Shown one piece after another: positions 11,563-22,779 of a stretch of DNA of 64,000 nucleotides. The first letter of the stretch is position 1. The number at the start of each line of letters is the position of its first letter. The DNA is from Mobula hypostoma (Eukaryota): positions 111,354,001-111,418,000 of the forward strand of contig NC_086108.1 of NCBI RefSeq assembly GCF_963921235.1, given 5' to 3'. The notes under the pieces are model-generated. The model worked only from the letters and a program-made list of their open reading frames with translations. It did not search any database and was not told where the DNA came from. Both the position numbers and the translations under genes were made by a program.

Positions 11563-14370
11563 ACATAGAACATAGAATAGTACAGCACAGTACAGGCCCT
11601 TCGGCCCACAATGTTGTACCGACCCTCAAACCCTGCCTCCCACATAAGCCCCCACCTTTGATTCCTCCATGTACCTGTCGAGTAGTCTCTTAAACTTCAC
11701 TAGTGTCTCTGCCTCCACCACTGACTCAGGCAGTGCATTCCACGCACCAACCACTCTCTGAGTAAAAAACCTTCCTCTAATATCCCCCTTGAACTTCCCA
11801 CCCCTTACCTTAAAGCCATGTCCTCTTGTATTGAGCAGTGGTGCCCTGGGGAAGAGGCGCTGGCTATCCACTCTATCTATTCCTCTTATTATCTTGTACA
11901 CCTCTATCATGTCTCCTCTCATCCTCCTTCTCTCCAAAGAGTAAAGCCCTGGCTCCTTTAATCTCTGATCATAATGCATACTTTCTAAACCAGGCAGCAG
12001 CCTGGTAAATCTCCTCTGTACCCTTTCCAATGCTTCCACATCCTTCCTATAGTGAAGTGACCAGAACTGGCCACAATACTCCAAGTGTGGCCTAACTAGA
12101 GTTTTATAGAGCTGCATCATTACATCGTGACTCTTAAACTCTATCCCTCGACTTATGAAAGCTAACACCCCCTAAGCTTTCTTAACTACCCTATCCACCT
12201 GTGAGGCAACTTTCAGGGATCTGTGGACATGTACCCCGAGATCCCTCTGCTTCTCCACACTACCAAGTATCCTGCCATTTACTTTGTACTCTGCCTTGGA
12301 GTTTGTCCTTCCAAAGTGTACCACCTCACACTTCTCCGGGTTGAACTCCATCTGCCACTTCTCAGCCCACTTCTGCATCCTATCAATGCCTCTCTGCAAT
12401 CTTTGACAATCCTCTACACTATCTACAACACCATCAACCTTTGTGTCGTCTGCAAACTTGCCAACCCACCCTTCTACCCCCACGTCAAGGTCGTTAATAA
12501 AAATCACAAAAAGTAGAGGTCCCAGAACAGATCCTTGTGGGACACCACTAGGCACAATCCTCCTATCTGAATGTACTCCCTCACCACCACCCTCTGCCTT
12601 CTGCAGGCAAGCCAATTCTGAAGCCACCTAGCCAAACTTCCCTGGATCCCATGCCTTCTAACTTTCTGAATAAGCCTACCGTGTGGAACCTTGTCAAATG
12701 CCTTACTAAAATCCATACAGATCACATCCACTGCACTACCCTCATCTATATGCCTGGTCACCTCCTCAAAGAACTCTATCAGCCTTGTTAGACACGATCT
12801 GCCCTTCACAAAGCCATGCTGACTGTCCCTGATCAGACCATGATTCTCTAAATGCCTATAGATCCTATCTCTAAGAATCTTTTCCAACAGCTTTCCCACC
12901 ACAAATGTAAGGCTCACTGGTCTATAATTACCCGGACTATCCCTACTACCTTTTTTGAACAAGGGAACAACATTCGCCTCCCTCCAATCCTCCAGTACCA
13001 TTCCCATGGACAACGAAGACATAAAGATCCTAGCCAGAGGCTCAGCAATCTCTTCTCTCGCCTCGTGGAGCAGCCTGGGGAATATTCCGTCAGGCCCCAG
13101 GAACTTATCTGTCCTAATGTATTTTAACAACTCCAACACCTCCTCTCCCTTAATATCAACATGCTCCAGAACATCAACCTCACTCATATTGTCCTCACCA
13201 TCATCAAGTTCCCTCTCATTGGTGAATACCGAAGAGAAGTATTCATTGAGGACCTCGCTCACTTCCACAGCCTCCAGGCACATCTTCCCACCTTTATCTC
13301 TAATCGGTCCTACCTTCACTCCTGTCATCCTTTTTTTCTTCACATAATTGAAGAATGCCTTGGGGTTTTCCTTTACCCTACTCACCAAGGCCTTCTCATG
13401 CCCCCTTCTTGCTCTTCTCAGCCCCTTCTTAAGCTCCTTTCTTGCTTCCTTATATTCCTCAATAGACCCATCTGATCCTTGCTTCCTAAACCTCATGTAT
13501 GCTGCCTTCTTCCTCCTGATTAGATTTTCCACCTCACTTGTCACCCATGGTTCCTTCACCCTACCACTCTTTATCTTCCTCACCGGGACAAATTTATCCC
13601 TAACATCCCGCAAGAGATCCCTAAACATCGACCACATGTCCATAGCACATTTCCCTGCAAAAACATCATCCCAATTCACACCCGCAAGTTCTAACCTTAT
13701 AGCCTCATAATTTGCCTTTCCCCAATTAAAAATTTTCCTGTCCTCTTTGATTCTATCCTTTTCCATGATAATTATAAAGGCCAGGGAGTGGTGGTCACTG
13801 TCCCCCAGATGCTCACCCACTGAGAGATCTGTGACCTGACCCGCTTCATTACCTAGTACTAGATCTAGCATGGCATTCCCCCTGGTCGGCCTGTCCACAT
13901 ACTGTGACAGGAATCCGTCCTGGACACACTTAACAAATTCTGCCCCATCTAAACCCTTGGAACTAATCAGGTGCCAATCAATATTAGGGAAGTTAAAGTC
14001 ACCCATGATAACAACCCTGTTATTTTTGCACCTTTCCAAAATCTGCCTCCCAATCTGCTCCTCTGTATCTCTGCTGCTACCAGGGGGCCTATAGAATACC
14101 CCCAGCAGAGTAACTGCTCCCTTCCTGTTCCTGACTTCCACCCATATTGACTCAAAAGAGGATCCTGCTACATTACCCACCCTTTCTATAGCTGTAATAG
14201 TATCCCTGATCAGTAATACCACCCCTCCTCCCCTTTTTCCACCCTCTCTATCCCTTTTAAAGCACTGAAATCCAGGAATATTGAGAATCCATTCCTGCCC
14301 TGGTGCCAGCCAAGTCTCTGTAATGGCCACTACATCATAATTCCATGTATGTATCCAAGCTCTCAGTTCA
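11563..14370 (-). mobile_element. Young CR1 LINE, near-complete ORF2 with two frameshifts, inserted in a SINE-like repeat (11264-11562 and 14371-14445; uninterrupted copy at ~42410-42750)
   Basis: ORFs 12504-14330 (APE to RT), 12172-12627 (GVPQGSVLGP, FADD) and 11626-12168. There is an (acatagaa)n-type tail and an atga duplication at the junctions. Confidence 0.93.
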
Positions 14371-14503
14371 TGACCTGCAGGCTAGTGGAGGGAAAGAGCG
14401 ACCTACACCTCCTTTGGTAGGGGCACATCTCTGCACCACCACCGAAGGTTAAGGTTTAGTTTTTCAGTGCGTGCATCTGTCTCTGAGTCTGTGCCATATC
14501 TGT

Positions 14504-14792
14504 GTCAGACAGTGTATACATATCTTGCAAACCCTTCAGTAGTTGCATAGACACCTGAAGAGTAGACTATCTGTTGGATGGAAGTGACCAACAACTCTGA
14601 TAGAGGCAGATGTCAAGTTTTTAAGCTCACCAGTGGGAGGTGGTGCTTTAGCACTGCTGGCCCACCACCTGGAGGGAGTCTTGATCATAAGCGGGCCAAA
14701 ACTCCTGAAGACAGGTGGCAGATCAACTGATGATCACACTGGTGATAGCACAGGACAGTTAACATCTCAGTCCATGTGTATTTTGTAACTCT
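14504..14792 (+). repeat. 5' copy of a ~280-bp direct repeat bracketing the RLE element
   Basis: Matches 18367-18646 with 10 substitutions and one 9-bp indel (hand alignment). Confidence 0.95.
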
Positions 14793-17700
14793 TTTGTTCT
14801 GGACACCAGTGACTACCAGGAATAGTCTGTTTGGCAACCGGGAATAGTCCGGTGACAGCGTGGAGAGACAGCGGACAGCCAGAAAAGACTGGCACCGGAG
14901 GTGTCGGGATTGGCAGTCCGGGCACCAGCTCAGATGAGCACCCACCTCTCGAAGCTTCTAGTTTACATGGAGAAACATACCCACGGGGTCCTCCAAGAGG
15001 GAGGGAGAATGATGGACCCAATCGGACGGATACAGTTAATTACAGGGAACGACTACGACCCAGAGCTAGGATAAAAGGCTCTGAGTGTCCAGTGTGTTGG
15101 TGTGGGAGAGTGTTTTCCAGCATTAAAGGTTTACGAGTCCACCAAGCAAAGTTGAAGTGCTATTCCATCCCAATGGATGAAGATGAGATTTCTTCACCAA
15201 GCACAGATGATGTGGTCTTTTCAACCACTGATTCACAAGCCACAGCAATTCGCTCTGGAGTGAGTCATCATACTCCAGGTCAGACGGGAGATAACCCAGG
15301 TCAGGTTTCAGACCACAGTACCCAGGTAGATTCTTCGCATGATGGCGGTGGTGAGGAGGTAGAGAAGAAGAGGAAGGTCAAGTGGCCAGCAATGGCAGAT
15401 GAGAAGGCTTGGCATGTATTTGATGAGGATATCAGTATGATGTTGGAGAACACTCTCAGAGGAACATCAAAGAGAAAGTTGGAAGTGATGGGTGATATGA
15501 TTTACGATGTTGGAAAGTACAGGTTTGGTTTGGTTGAGTTGAAGTAACCAAAGCCTACACAGCAACCAAGCAGGCGCCAGAAGGAGATCAGTAGGTTGAG
15601 GACAGAGCTTAGATCGTTGAGACAGAGGTGGAAGGTAGCAAGTGAGAGTGACAAGCCAGGGCTTGCTGATCTCTGAGAGCATTTTCGAATAAAGTTAGCA
15701 TCACTCCGTCGTGCAGAGTCACAACATAAAAAGAGAAAGAAGAGAGAGAAGGCAAGAAAGTCGTTCTTTGAGAACCCTCACGAGTTCACAAAGAAACTGT
15801 TTGAACAAAGTAAGAGTGGGCAGCTTAACATCTCTCAATAAGAACTTGAGGATCACCTAGCAAGCACTTACTCTAACGAACAGCAGGAGGCTCCTTTGCT
15901 TGACATTTCAGGGCTTGTGAAGCCTACCAGGCCAGGAGTGAAGTTCGATCTGTCAGAATCCAAACTGGCAGAAGTCGAACGGTTCATCAGAAAGGCAAGT
16001 TCAGGCTCAGTGCCAGGACCTAATGGAGTGCTGTATAAGGTGTTCAAGAAGTGTGAACAGCTGAGGAAATACTTGTGGAGATTGTTAAAGGTGGTGTGGA
16101 GACAAGGTGTTGTTCCTTTGTCATGGAGTGAGGCTGAAGGAGTATACATCCCGAAGGAAGAGAATTCTACTACATTGAATCAGTTCCGACCAATTTCACT
16201 CCTGAATGGAGAGGGGAAGATTATGTTTGGCATTCTGGCAGAAAGAATATCTTCATTTGTGATTGAAAATGGATTGGTAAATACATCTGTGCAGAAGGCA
16301 GGAATACCAGGCTTCCCAGGATGCCTTGAACATTCTAGTATGATATGGCATACCATCCAGGAGTCAAAAAGGCTGAGAAGAAATCTGGCTGTAGTTTGGC
16401 TTGATCTGGCAAATATGTATGGTTCTGTTTCCCATGTCCTGATTGAGTTTGCGATGGAATTCCGATGGATTCCCGCTAAGGTGAGGAACTTTGTTATGCA
16501 GTACTACAACGATTTCCGGATGAGGTTTTCCACTCAGCAGTTTACAACTAGGTGGCAGAGCTTGGATGTTGGAATCCCAATGGGATGTGCAATTTCACCC
16601 ATCCTTTTTGTGTTAGCCATGGAGGTTATTGTGAGGGCTGCAGAATCAGTGGGACCAGGTGTCGCACTTGATGGCGGAGAGGAGTTACCACCAATACGAG
16701 TGTTCATGGATGATCTTACCCTTTTGGGTCCCAGCACGGAGGCAGTGGAAAATGTACTATCTAGACTCGAGGAGCTAATGGATTGGGGAAGAATGAAGTT
16801 CAAAACCAAGAAGTCAAGGAGCCTTGTTCTTAGGAGAGGAAAGCTGGTTGACTTTCATTTCACCCTTTGTGGAGAGGAAATTCCATCCATTCAGGACCAA
16901 CCAGTTAAGAGCCTCGGGTGATGGTACACAGAGGAGCTGAGAGACACCAAGAGGGTTCAAGAGACAGGAGAACAGATCAGCAGAGGTCTGATGTCTGTTG
17001 ACAAGTGTGGCTTGCCTGGCAAGTTGAAGTTGTGGTGCTTGCAGTACGGACTGATGTCACGGATAATGTGGCCACTAACTGTCTATGAAGTGGCAATGTC
17101 CCACGTTGAGGCAATGGAACGGAAGATCAACAAGTATGTGAAGAAGTGGCTTGGAGTACCGAGCAGCCTCACCAATGTTGCAATCCACAGTAGCCAGACA
17201 AAGCTTACCATCCCAGTACAATCCCTTGTTGAGGAAGTCAGGGTAGCCAAGGTAAGATCATTCTTGATGCTTCGAGACCCAAAAGACCCCGTCATCAAGA
17301 ACACCCAGCCAGATGTGAGATCAGGCAGGAAGTGGTCAGCCCGTGTAGCAGTTGATGAGGCAGAGTCCAGATTGAAGCACAAGGAGACGGTTGGGGCTAT
17401 CCAGCTAGGCCGCCAGGGACTTGGGTGGACAACCCACAAGTGGTGGTCATCTTCTACAGGTAAGGAGCGCCGTGAGCTTGTAACACAAGAAATACGAGAG
17501 GTAGAAGAGGAGAAGAGGTTAGCTAAAACAGCTGGCCTGGCCAAACAAAGGGCTCGGACCTGGTGGGAAAGTGTTGAACAACGACATCTATCTTGGAATG
17601 TTCTGTGGCAGATGGAACCACTCTGCATTTCTTTATGCAGAGCAGCGTACGATCTGCTCCCAACACCTGCCAACCTCAGCACCTGGTATGAAGATAAGAC

Positions 17701-18366
17701 AGACAGGTGTGCTGCTTGTGGTGAGAAGGGAACACTTCAACATATCTTGAGTGCATGCAGAGTCAATCTTTCCAGCGGCATGTACACTTGGAGACATAAC
17801 AACTTTCTCAAAGTTGTAACAGAAGCGGTTGAGCAGAGAGTATTGCAGCACAACTTATCTCATGCCCCATGCTGCACAGAACATCGCATATCATTTGTGA
17901 AAGAAGGCTCCAAGTCAAGGGTGTACAGCGCAGGCCCACGATCAAGCATACTTTCTTCAGCCAATGATTGGTGTGTCAAGGCCAACCTGGATGGGAAAGG
18001 CAGTTTCCCGGAGCAAATAGCTTTCACAACATTGCGTCCAGATATAATCGTATGGTCTGACAGCAGTAGAGAAGCGGTTATTGGTGAACTCACAGTCCCC
18101 TGGGAAGACAACATTGATGAAGCCCATGAGTACAAGTTAACCAAGTATGCAGAATTAAGATCAGAGTGCGGAGACAGAGGGTGGAAGGTCTCATGCTATC
18201 TATTCGAAGTAGGCTGTCGTGGGTTTATTGCGTTCACTCTCCAGAAGTGGCTGCGTGACCTTGGCTTCACTGGAAGAGAGATCAAGTCAACCAGCAGGGC
18301 TGTAGCTGAGGCAGCAGAGAAAGGATCAGCATGGGTGTGGACCAAGTATCTCCAGAGGGGCAGATA

Positions 18367-18646
18367 GTCAGACAGTGTATACATATCTTGCAAACCCTTC
18401 AGTAGTTACATAGACACCTGAAGAGTAGACTATCTGTTGGATGGAAGTGACTGATAGAGACAGATGCCAAGTTTTTAAGCTCACCAGTGGGAGATGGTGC
18501 TTTAGCACTGCTGGCCCACCACCTCGAGGGAGTCTTGATCATAAGCGGGCCGAAACTTCTGAAGACAGGTGGCAGATCAACTGATGATCACACTGGTGAT
18601 AGCACAGGACAATTAACATCTTAGTCCACGTGTATTTTGTAACTCT
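18367..18646 (+). repeat. 3' copy of the direct repeat, equal to the 3' UTR of the RLE element
   Basis: Begins at the last base of the ORF stop codon TAG (18365-18367). Confidence 0.95.
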
Positions 18647-19287
18647 ATGAGTATGAGGATAGGCTGAGCATTGTGAGGCTTTTCCCTTTGGATTGAAGGA
18701 GGATGAAGTGTACAAGATGATAAGAGGCACAGATCAGAGGATAGCTACTGGCACATATAGTGTACCATCATGAAGGATCCCACCCACCCTGCTCGTGGAC
18801 TGTTTGTCCCACTCCCATCAGGAAGGAGGCTACGTAGCATCCACGCCAGGACCACCAGACTCAAAAACAGTTACCTTCCCCAAACAGTAAGGCTGATCAA
18901 CATCTCCACCTAGTAACCCACCCCTCCACACCCCCAACCACCACTACTTTATCATTTCCTGTCAATCACCTTGTGTACAGACACTCCTGTGCCTAGTGTC
19001 ACTTTATAGACGTACAGTCACTCTGCGGATATAAACCATCTTATGTATTTATATTTATTGTTTTTATTATTACTATTGTGTTCTTTATCTTACTGTGTTT
19101 TTTTGTGCTGCATCAGATCGAGTAACAATTATTTCATTCTCCTTTACACTTGTGTACTGGAAATGATATTAAATTATCTTGAATCACCCCGTCCTACACT
19201 GGGTCCTCGATAGTCATCCCCAACCCTGGTCGGGGCAGTAACATTCCCAATAACAGTTCCAACAACAACTGGGAAATATTGACTCAC

Positions 19288-19379
19288 CACTTAACACCGT
19301 TTGTTCGTCTCTCAGAGTGGTTTCAACGGAGTCCACCATGAGCTTGACTCCATCCTCTGTGGGATAAGCTTCAATTACA
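19288..19379 (-). CDS. vtg: Vitellogenin exon, vWD
   Basis: ttttccttttgacag|...|gtgagt; 92 nt, phase 2 to 1; VIEAYPTEDGVKLMVDSVETTLRDEQTVLS. Confidence 0.92.
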
Positions 19380-19406
19380 CTGTCAAAAGGAAAACCAAGA
19401 TTACAC

Positions 19407-20060
19407 CCTATAAGACATAGGAGGAGAATTAGGCCATTGAGTCTGCTCCACCATTCCATCGGGGCTGATTCATTGTCCCTCTCAACCCCATTCTTCTGCC
19501 TTCTTCCCGTAACCTTTGTCACCCTGACCAATCAAGAATCTATCACCCTCCATTTTAAATATACTCAATGATGTAGCATCCACAGTGTTTGTAACAATGA
19601 ATTCCAAGATTCACCACCCTCTGGTTGAAGAAATTCCTCCTCGCTCCATTCTAAATGGACATTCCTCTATTTTGAGGCTGTGCTGTCTGGTCCTAAACTC
19701 TCCCGCCGTAGGAAGCATCCTCTCCACATCCATTCTATCCAAGCTTTCAATATTCGATAGCTTTCAAAGAGAATCCCCATCATTCTTCTAAATTCCAGTC
19801 AATACAGAACCAGAGCCATCAAACATTCCTCATACGCTCACCCTTTTATTCCTGAATTTATTCTTGTAAACCCCCTACGGAGTCACATCCTTTCTTAGAT
19901 ATAATGTTCAAAACTGCCCTCAATCTCCGATTGTAGTCTGAACAATGCCCTATAAAGCCTAGGCATTACATCCTTGCTTTTATTTTATAATCCTTTCAAA
20001 GTGAATGCTAACATTGCATTTCTCTTCTGCACCACCAACTCAACCTGCACGTTAACCTTT
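19407..20060 (-). mobile_element. CR1 3' end fragment
   Basis: cataagacatagg tail and a 3' UTR homologous to 6392-7034. Confidence 0.75.
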
Positions 20061-21629
20061 AGTTCTGTTGAAATAGCACAGGATTATTGGGGAAGGGAGC
20101 AAGGTAAAGAGGAAGAGACAGTGATTCATTATTCATTTACTTATTAGAGATACCACCCACCGAGCTGCACCACCAGTAACACACCTATTTAATCACAGGA
20201 CAATTTACAATGACCTACTACCCAGTAAATCTTTGCACTGGGGGAGGAAAGCAGAGCACACAGAGGAAACTTTGGCAGTCACAGGGAGAATGTACAAACG
20301 GCACCAGAACTGAACACGTTACAGCTCCGACATCATGAGCTGTAATATCATCGTGCTAAGCTCTACGCTACTGCGGCGCCCTAGTTGTGTTATGCTCCTG
20401 AGCTGGTGACTGAGGGGCCAGGTCTAATACTGCACATCTGATGAAAACTATTCAAAAATCATCGGATTTCTCTCTTCACAGAGGCTGACTGTCCTGCTGA
20501 GTGTCCCACACATTATTACAATTACCATCAATTACAGGACAATATCAATGCACTCTCAGGTCCTTTTCCCTCCAAAAGGTGATGCTTCAAGAAGGCAGCA
20601 TCCATTGGTAAGGAATCTCACCACTTAGGACATGCCCTCTTCTCATTGCTCCTGGTACAGGAGCCAGAAGACACACACTCAATATTTTAGGAACAGCTTC
20701 TTCCCTTCCACCATCTGATTTCTGAACAGACCATGAACCCATGAACACTTCCTCACTATTTTTGAACTACTTCATATTTCATTTACTTTATTAATTTATT
20801 GTTTGTTTTATATATTTCACTGTACTCCTTATTTAGTTCTCTTCTTGCAATATTTATTTATTAATATTTCCTATTATAAAGTAGAGTATATTAATGTATT
20901 GCAGTGCACTACTGCCACAAAACAACACATTCCACGAAGTAAACCTGCTTCTGATTTTGAATCATTTTCCATCAGGGCAGACTGAGAATTGAGAGCAGGT
21001 TTAAAAATTACTATCCCCAAAAGTGACCTTGAATAGCTGTAACAAATGAATTGCATCAACAATTCTCTTGTCCCCCTTCTTCTTCAGCCCTTTATCTCTT
21101 CCACCTATCACCTCCCAGCTTCTCACCTTGTCCTCCTCCTCCCGCCGTCTTATTCTGGCCTCTGCCCCCTTCCTTTCCAGTCCTGATGAAGGATCTCGGC
21201 CTTAAATGTTCACTGCTTATTTCCCTCCATGGATGCTGCCTGACCTGCAGAGTTCTTCCAGAATTTTGTGTGTGTTGCTCTGGATTTCAAGCATCTGCAG
21301 AATCTCTTCTGTTTAATAGAACCTCTAGTACAAATGTTCCCAGCCTGGGCTCCATGGCCTGATAAATATTAGGGGTGCATAGCATTAAAAAAAAGGTTGA
21401 GAATCCCTGCTCTAGTTTGAAATCAAAGTATTTGATATTTTGAGCAGATCTAGAGATCGGAGAGCCACTTTAGCTATGACTACAGCAACACAGTTGTCTA
21501 GGGTGGATCAGTGACGTGGCAAAAAGGCCCACTGTCTCAGAGGAAGGGAAGATTGCCAGTTCCTAAAATAATGAGTGTGTGTCTTCAGACTCCAATACCA
21601 CCTCCTTGATGGTATCAATGAGAAGGAGT

Positions 21630-22095
21630 GACAGGCTGGGGGTGATTGGTGGATCCAGGTGGGGAGGGGTGATAAGAAAATGGAGGAGAGGAGAGTGGGG
21701 ATAGTGACAGAGACTGGGAGGTGATGGATCCAGGTGAGGAGAGGTGATGGACAGATAGAGGAGGGGAGAGTGGGATAGTGACAGAGACTGGGAGGTGATG
21801 GATCCAGGTGAGGAGAGGTGATGGGCAGATGGAGGAGGGGAGAGTGGGATAGTGACAGAGACTGGGAGGTGATGGATCCAGGTGAGGAGGGTGATGGGCA
21901 GATGGAGGAGGGGAGAGTGGGCATAGTGACAGAGGCTGGAGGTGATGGGTGGATTCAGGTGAGGAGGGACAATAGGCAGATGGAAGAGGGGAGAGTGGGA
22001 ATCGTGACGGAGCTGGGAGGTGATGGGTGGATCTAGGTGAGGAGGGGGGATAGGCAGATAGAGGAGGGGAGAGTGGGCATAGCAACAGAGGCTGG
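21630..22095. repeat. Purine-rich minisatellite, ~74-78-bp unit, about 6 copies
   Basis: gatccaggtg and variants recur at 21652, 21727, 21801, 21875, ~21952 and ~22030. Confidence 0.9.
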
Positions 22096-22779
22096 GGGTA
22101 TTGGGTGCAGGTGACAAAGAGCTGCAGATAATGGAATCCATGGGAGAGAAGGTGAACCACAGAAGAAAGCAAGGGAGGTGGGGTGGGCAGATGAGGACAG
22201 TTGGGGAGGGGACCCAGTGTGAGGAACTCACATAAAATGCTGTGGGAATTCAGCGGTCCGGCAGCATCTATGCAGGAGAATAAACAGATAATATTTTGAG
22301 CTAAGACCTTTCATCAGGGTCTAGGCTGGAATGTTTCTGACCAAGTGAGAGGAACATGTGGGTGATGGGCAGATGGAACAGGTGGAGGAGGGTAAGGAAA
22401 CAGGGTGAGGGAGGGGCTAAGGTAGGTGTAGGAACAATTGGATAGATCAGGAAGAGAGAAAGGGGACAAAGAGGGAGCAAATTACTTGAAATTGGAAAGA
22501 ATAATTCCCTGTCAGACTGAAAGAGGGGAAAAAATGTATCTTTCTGTGATAGAGATTCAAGAGATTCTTCAGATGCTGAAAATCTAAGTCAATGTACACA
22601 AAATGCTTGACATGCATTTAATGTGATAAGGGTTAAATTCAAAGGAGACATGCAGGGGAAGTTTTCAATTTTACACAGTGAGTGGTGGGTGCTGCCAGAT
22701 GTGATGGTGGAGGCAGGTATGATAGAAAGGTTCAAGAGGCTCTTGGACTGACAGCAAATGTGCAGGAAATGACCCTGAT

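Larger units (their letters stand above)
14504..18646 (+). mobile_element. Restriction-like-endonuclease (RLE) non-LTR retrotransposon, HERO-like (R2 group), near full length
   Basis: One reading frame 14831-18367 with four in-frame stops. It has an N-terminal zinc finger CWCGRVFSSIKGLRVHQAKLKC, an RT (FRPISLLN, WLDLAN, GIPMGCAISP, FMDD), a CCHC knuckle CAAC...HILSAC, WRHN, and an RLE domain (LRPDIIVW, ELTVPWE, KLTKY). Confidence 0.93.

Noticed and set aside
12852..14094. Several + strand ORFs over the CR1 (also 41-265)
   Set aside because: Antisense shadows of CR1 ORF2.
14672..14735. Hammerhead ribozyme in the RLE terminal repeat (GUC, GAAA and CTGANGA motifs present)
   Set aside because: The order and spacing of the motifs cannot form stems I-III around a canonical core in any permutation I tried.
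21508..22231. Pro/Ser/His-rich ORFs of 138-222 aa
   Set aside because: Translations of a minisatellite with no splice or domain support.
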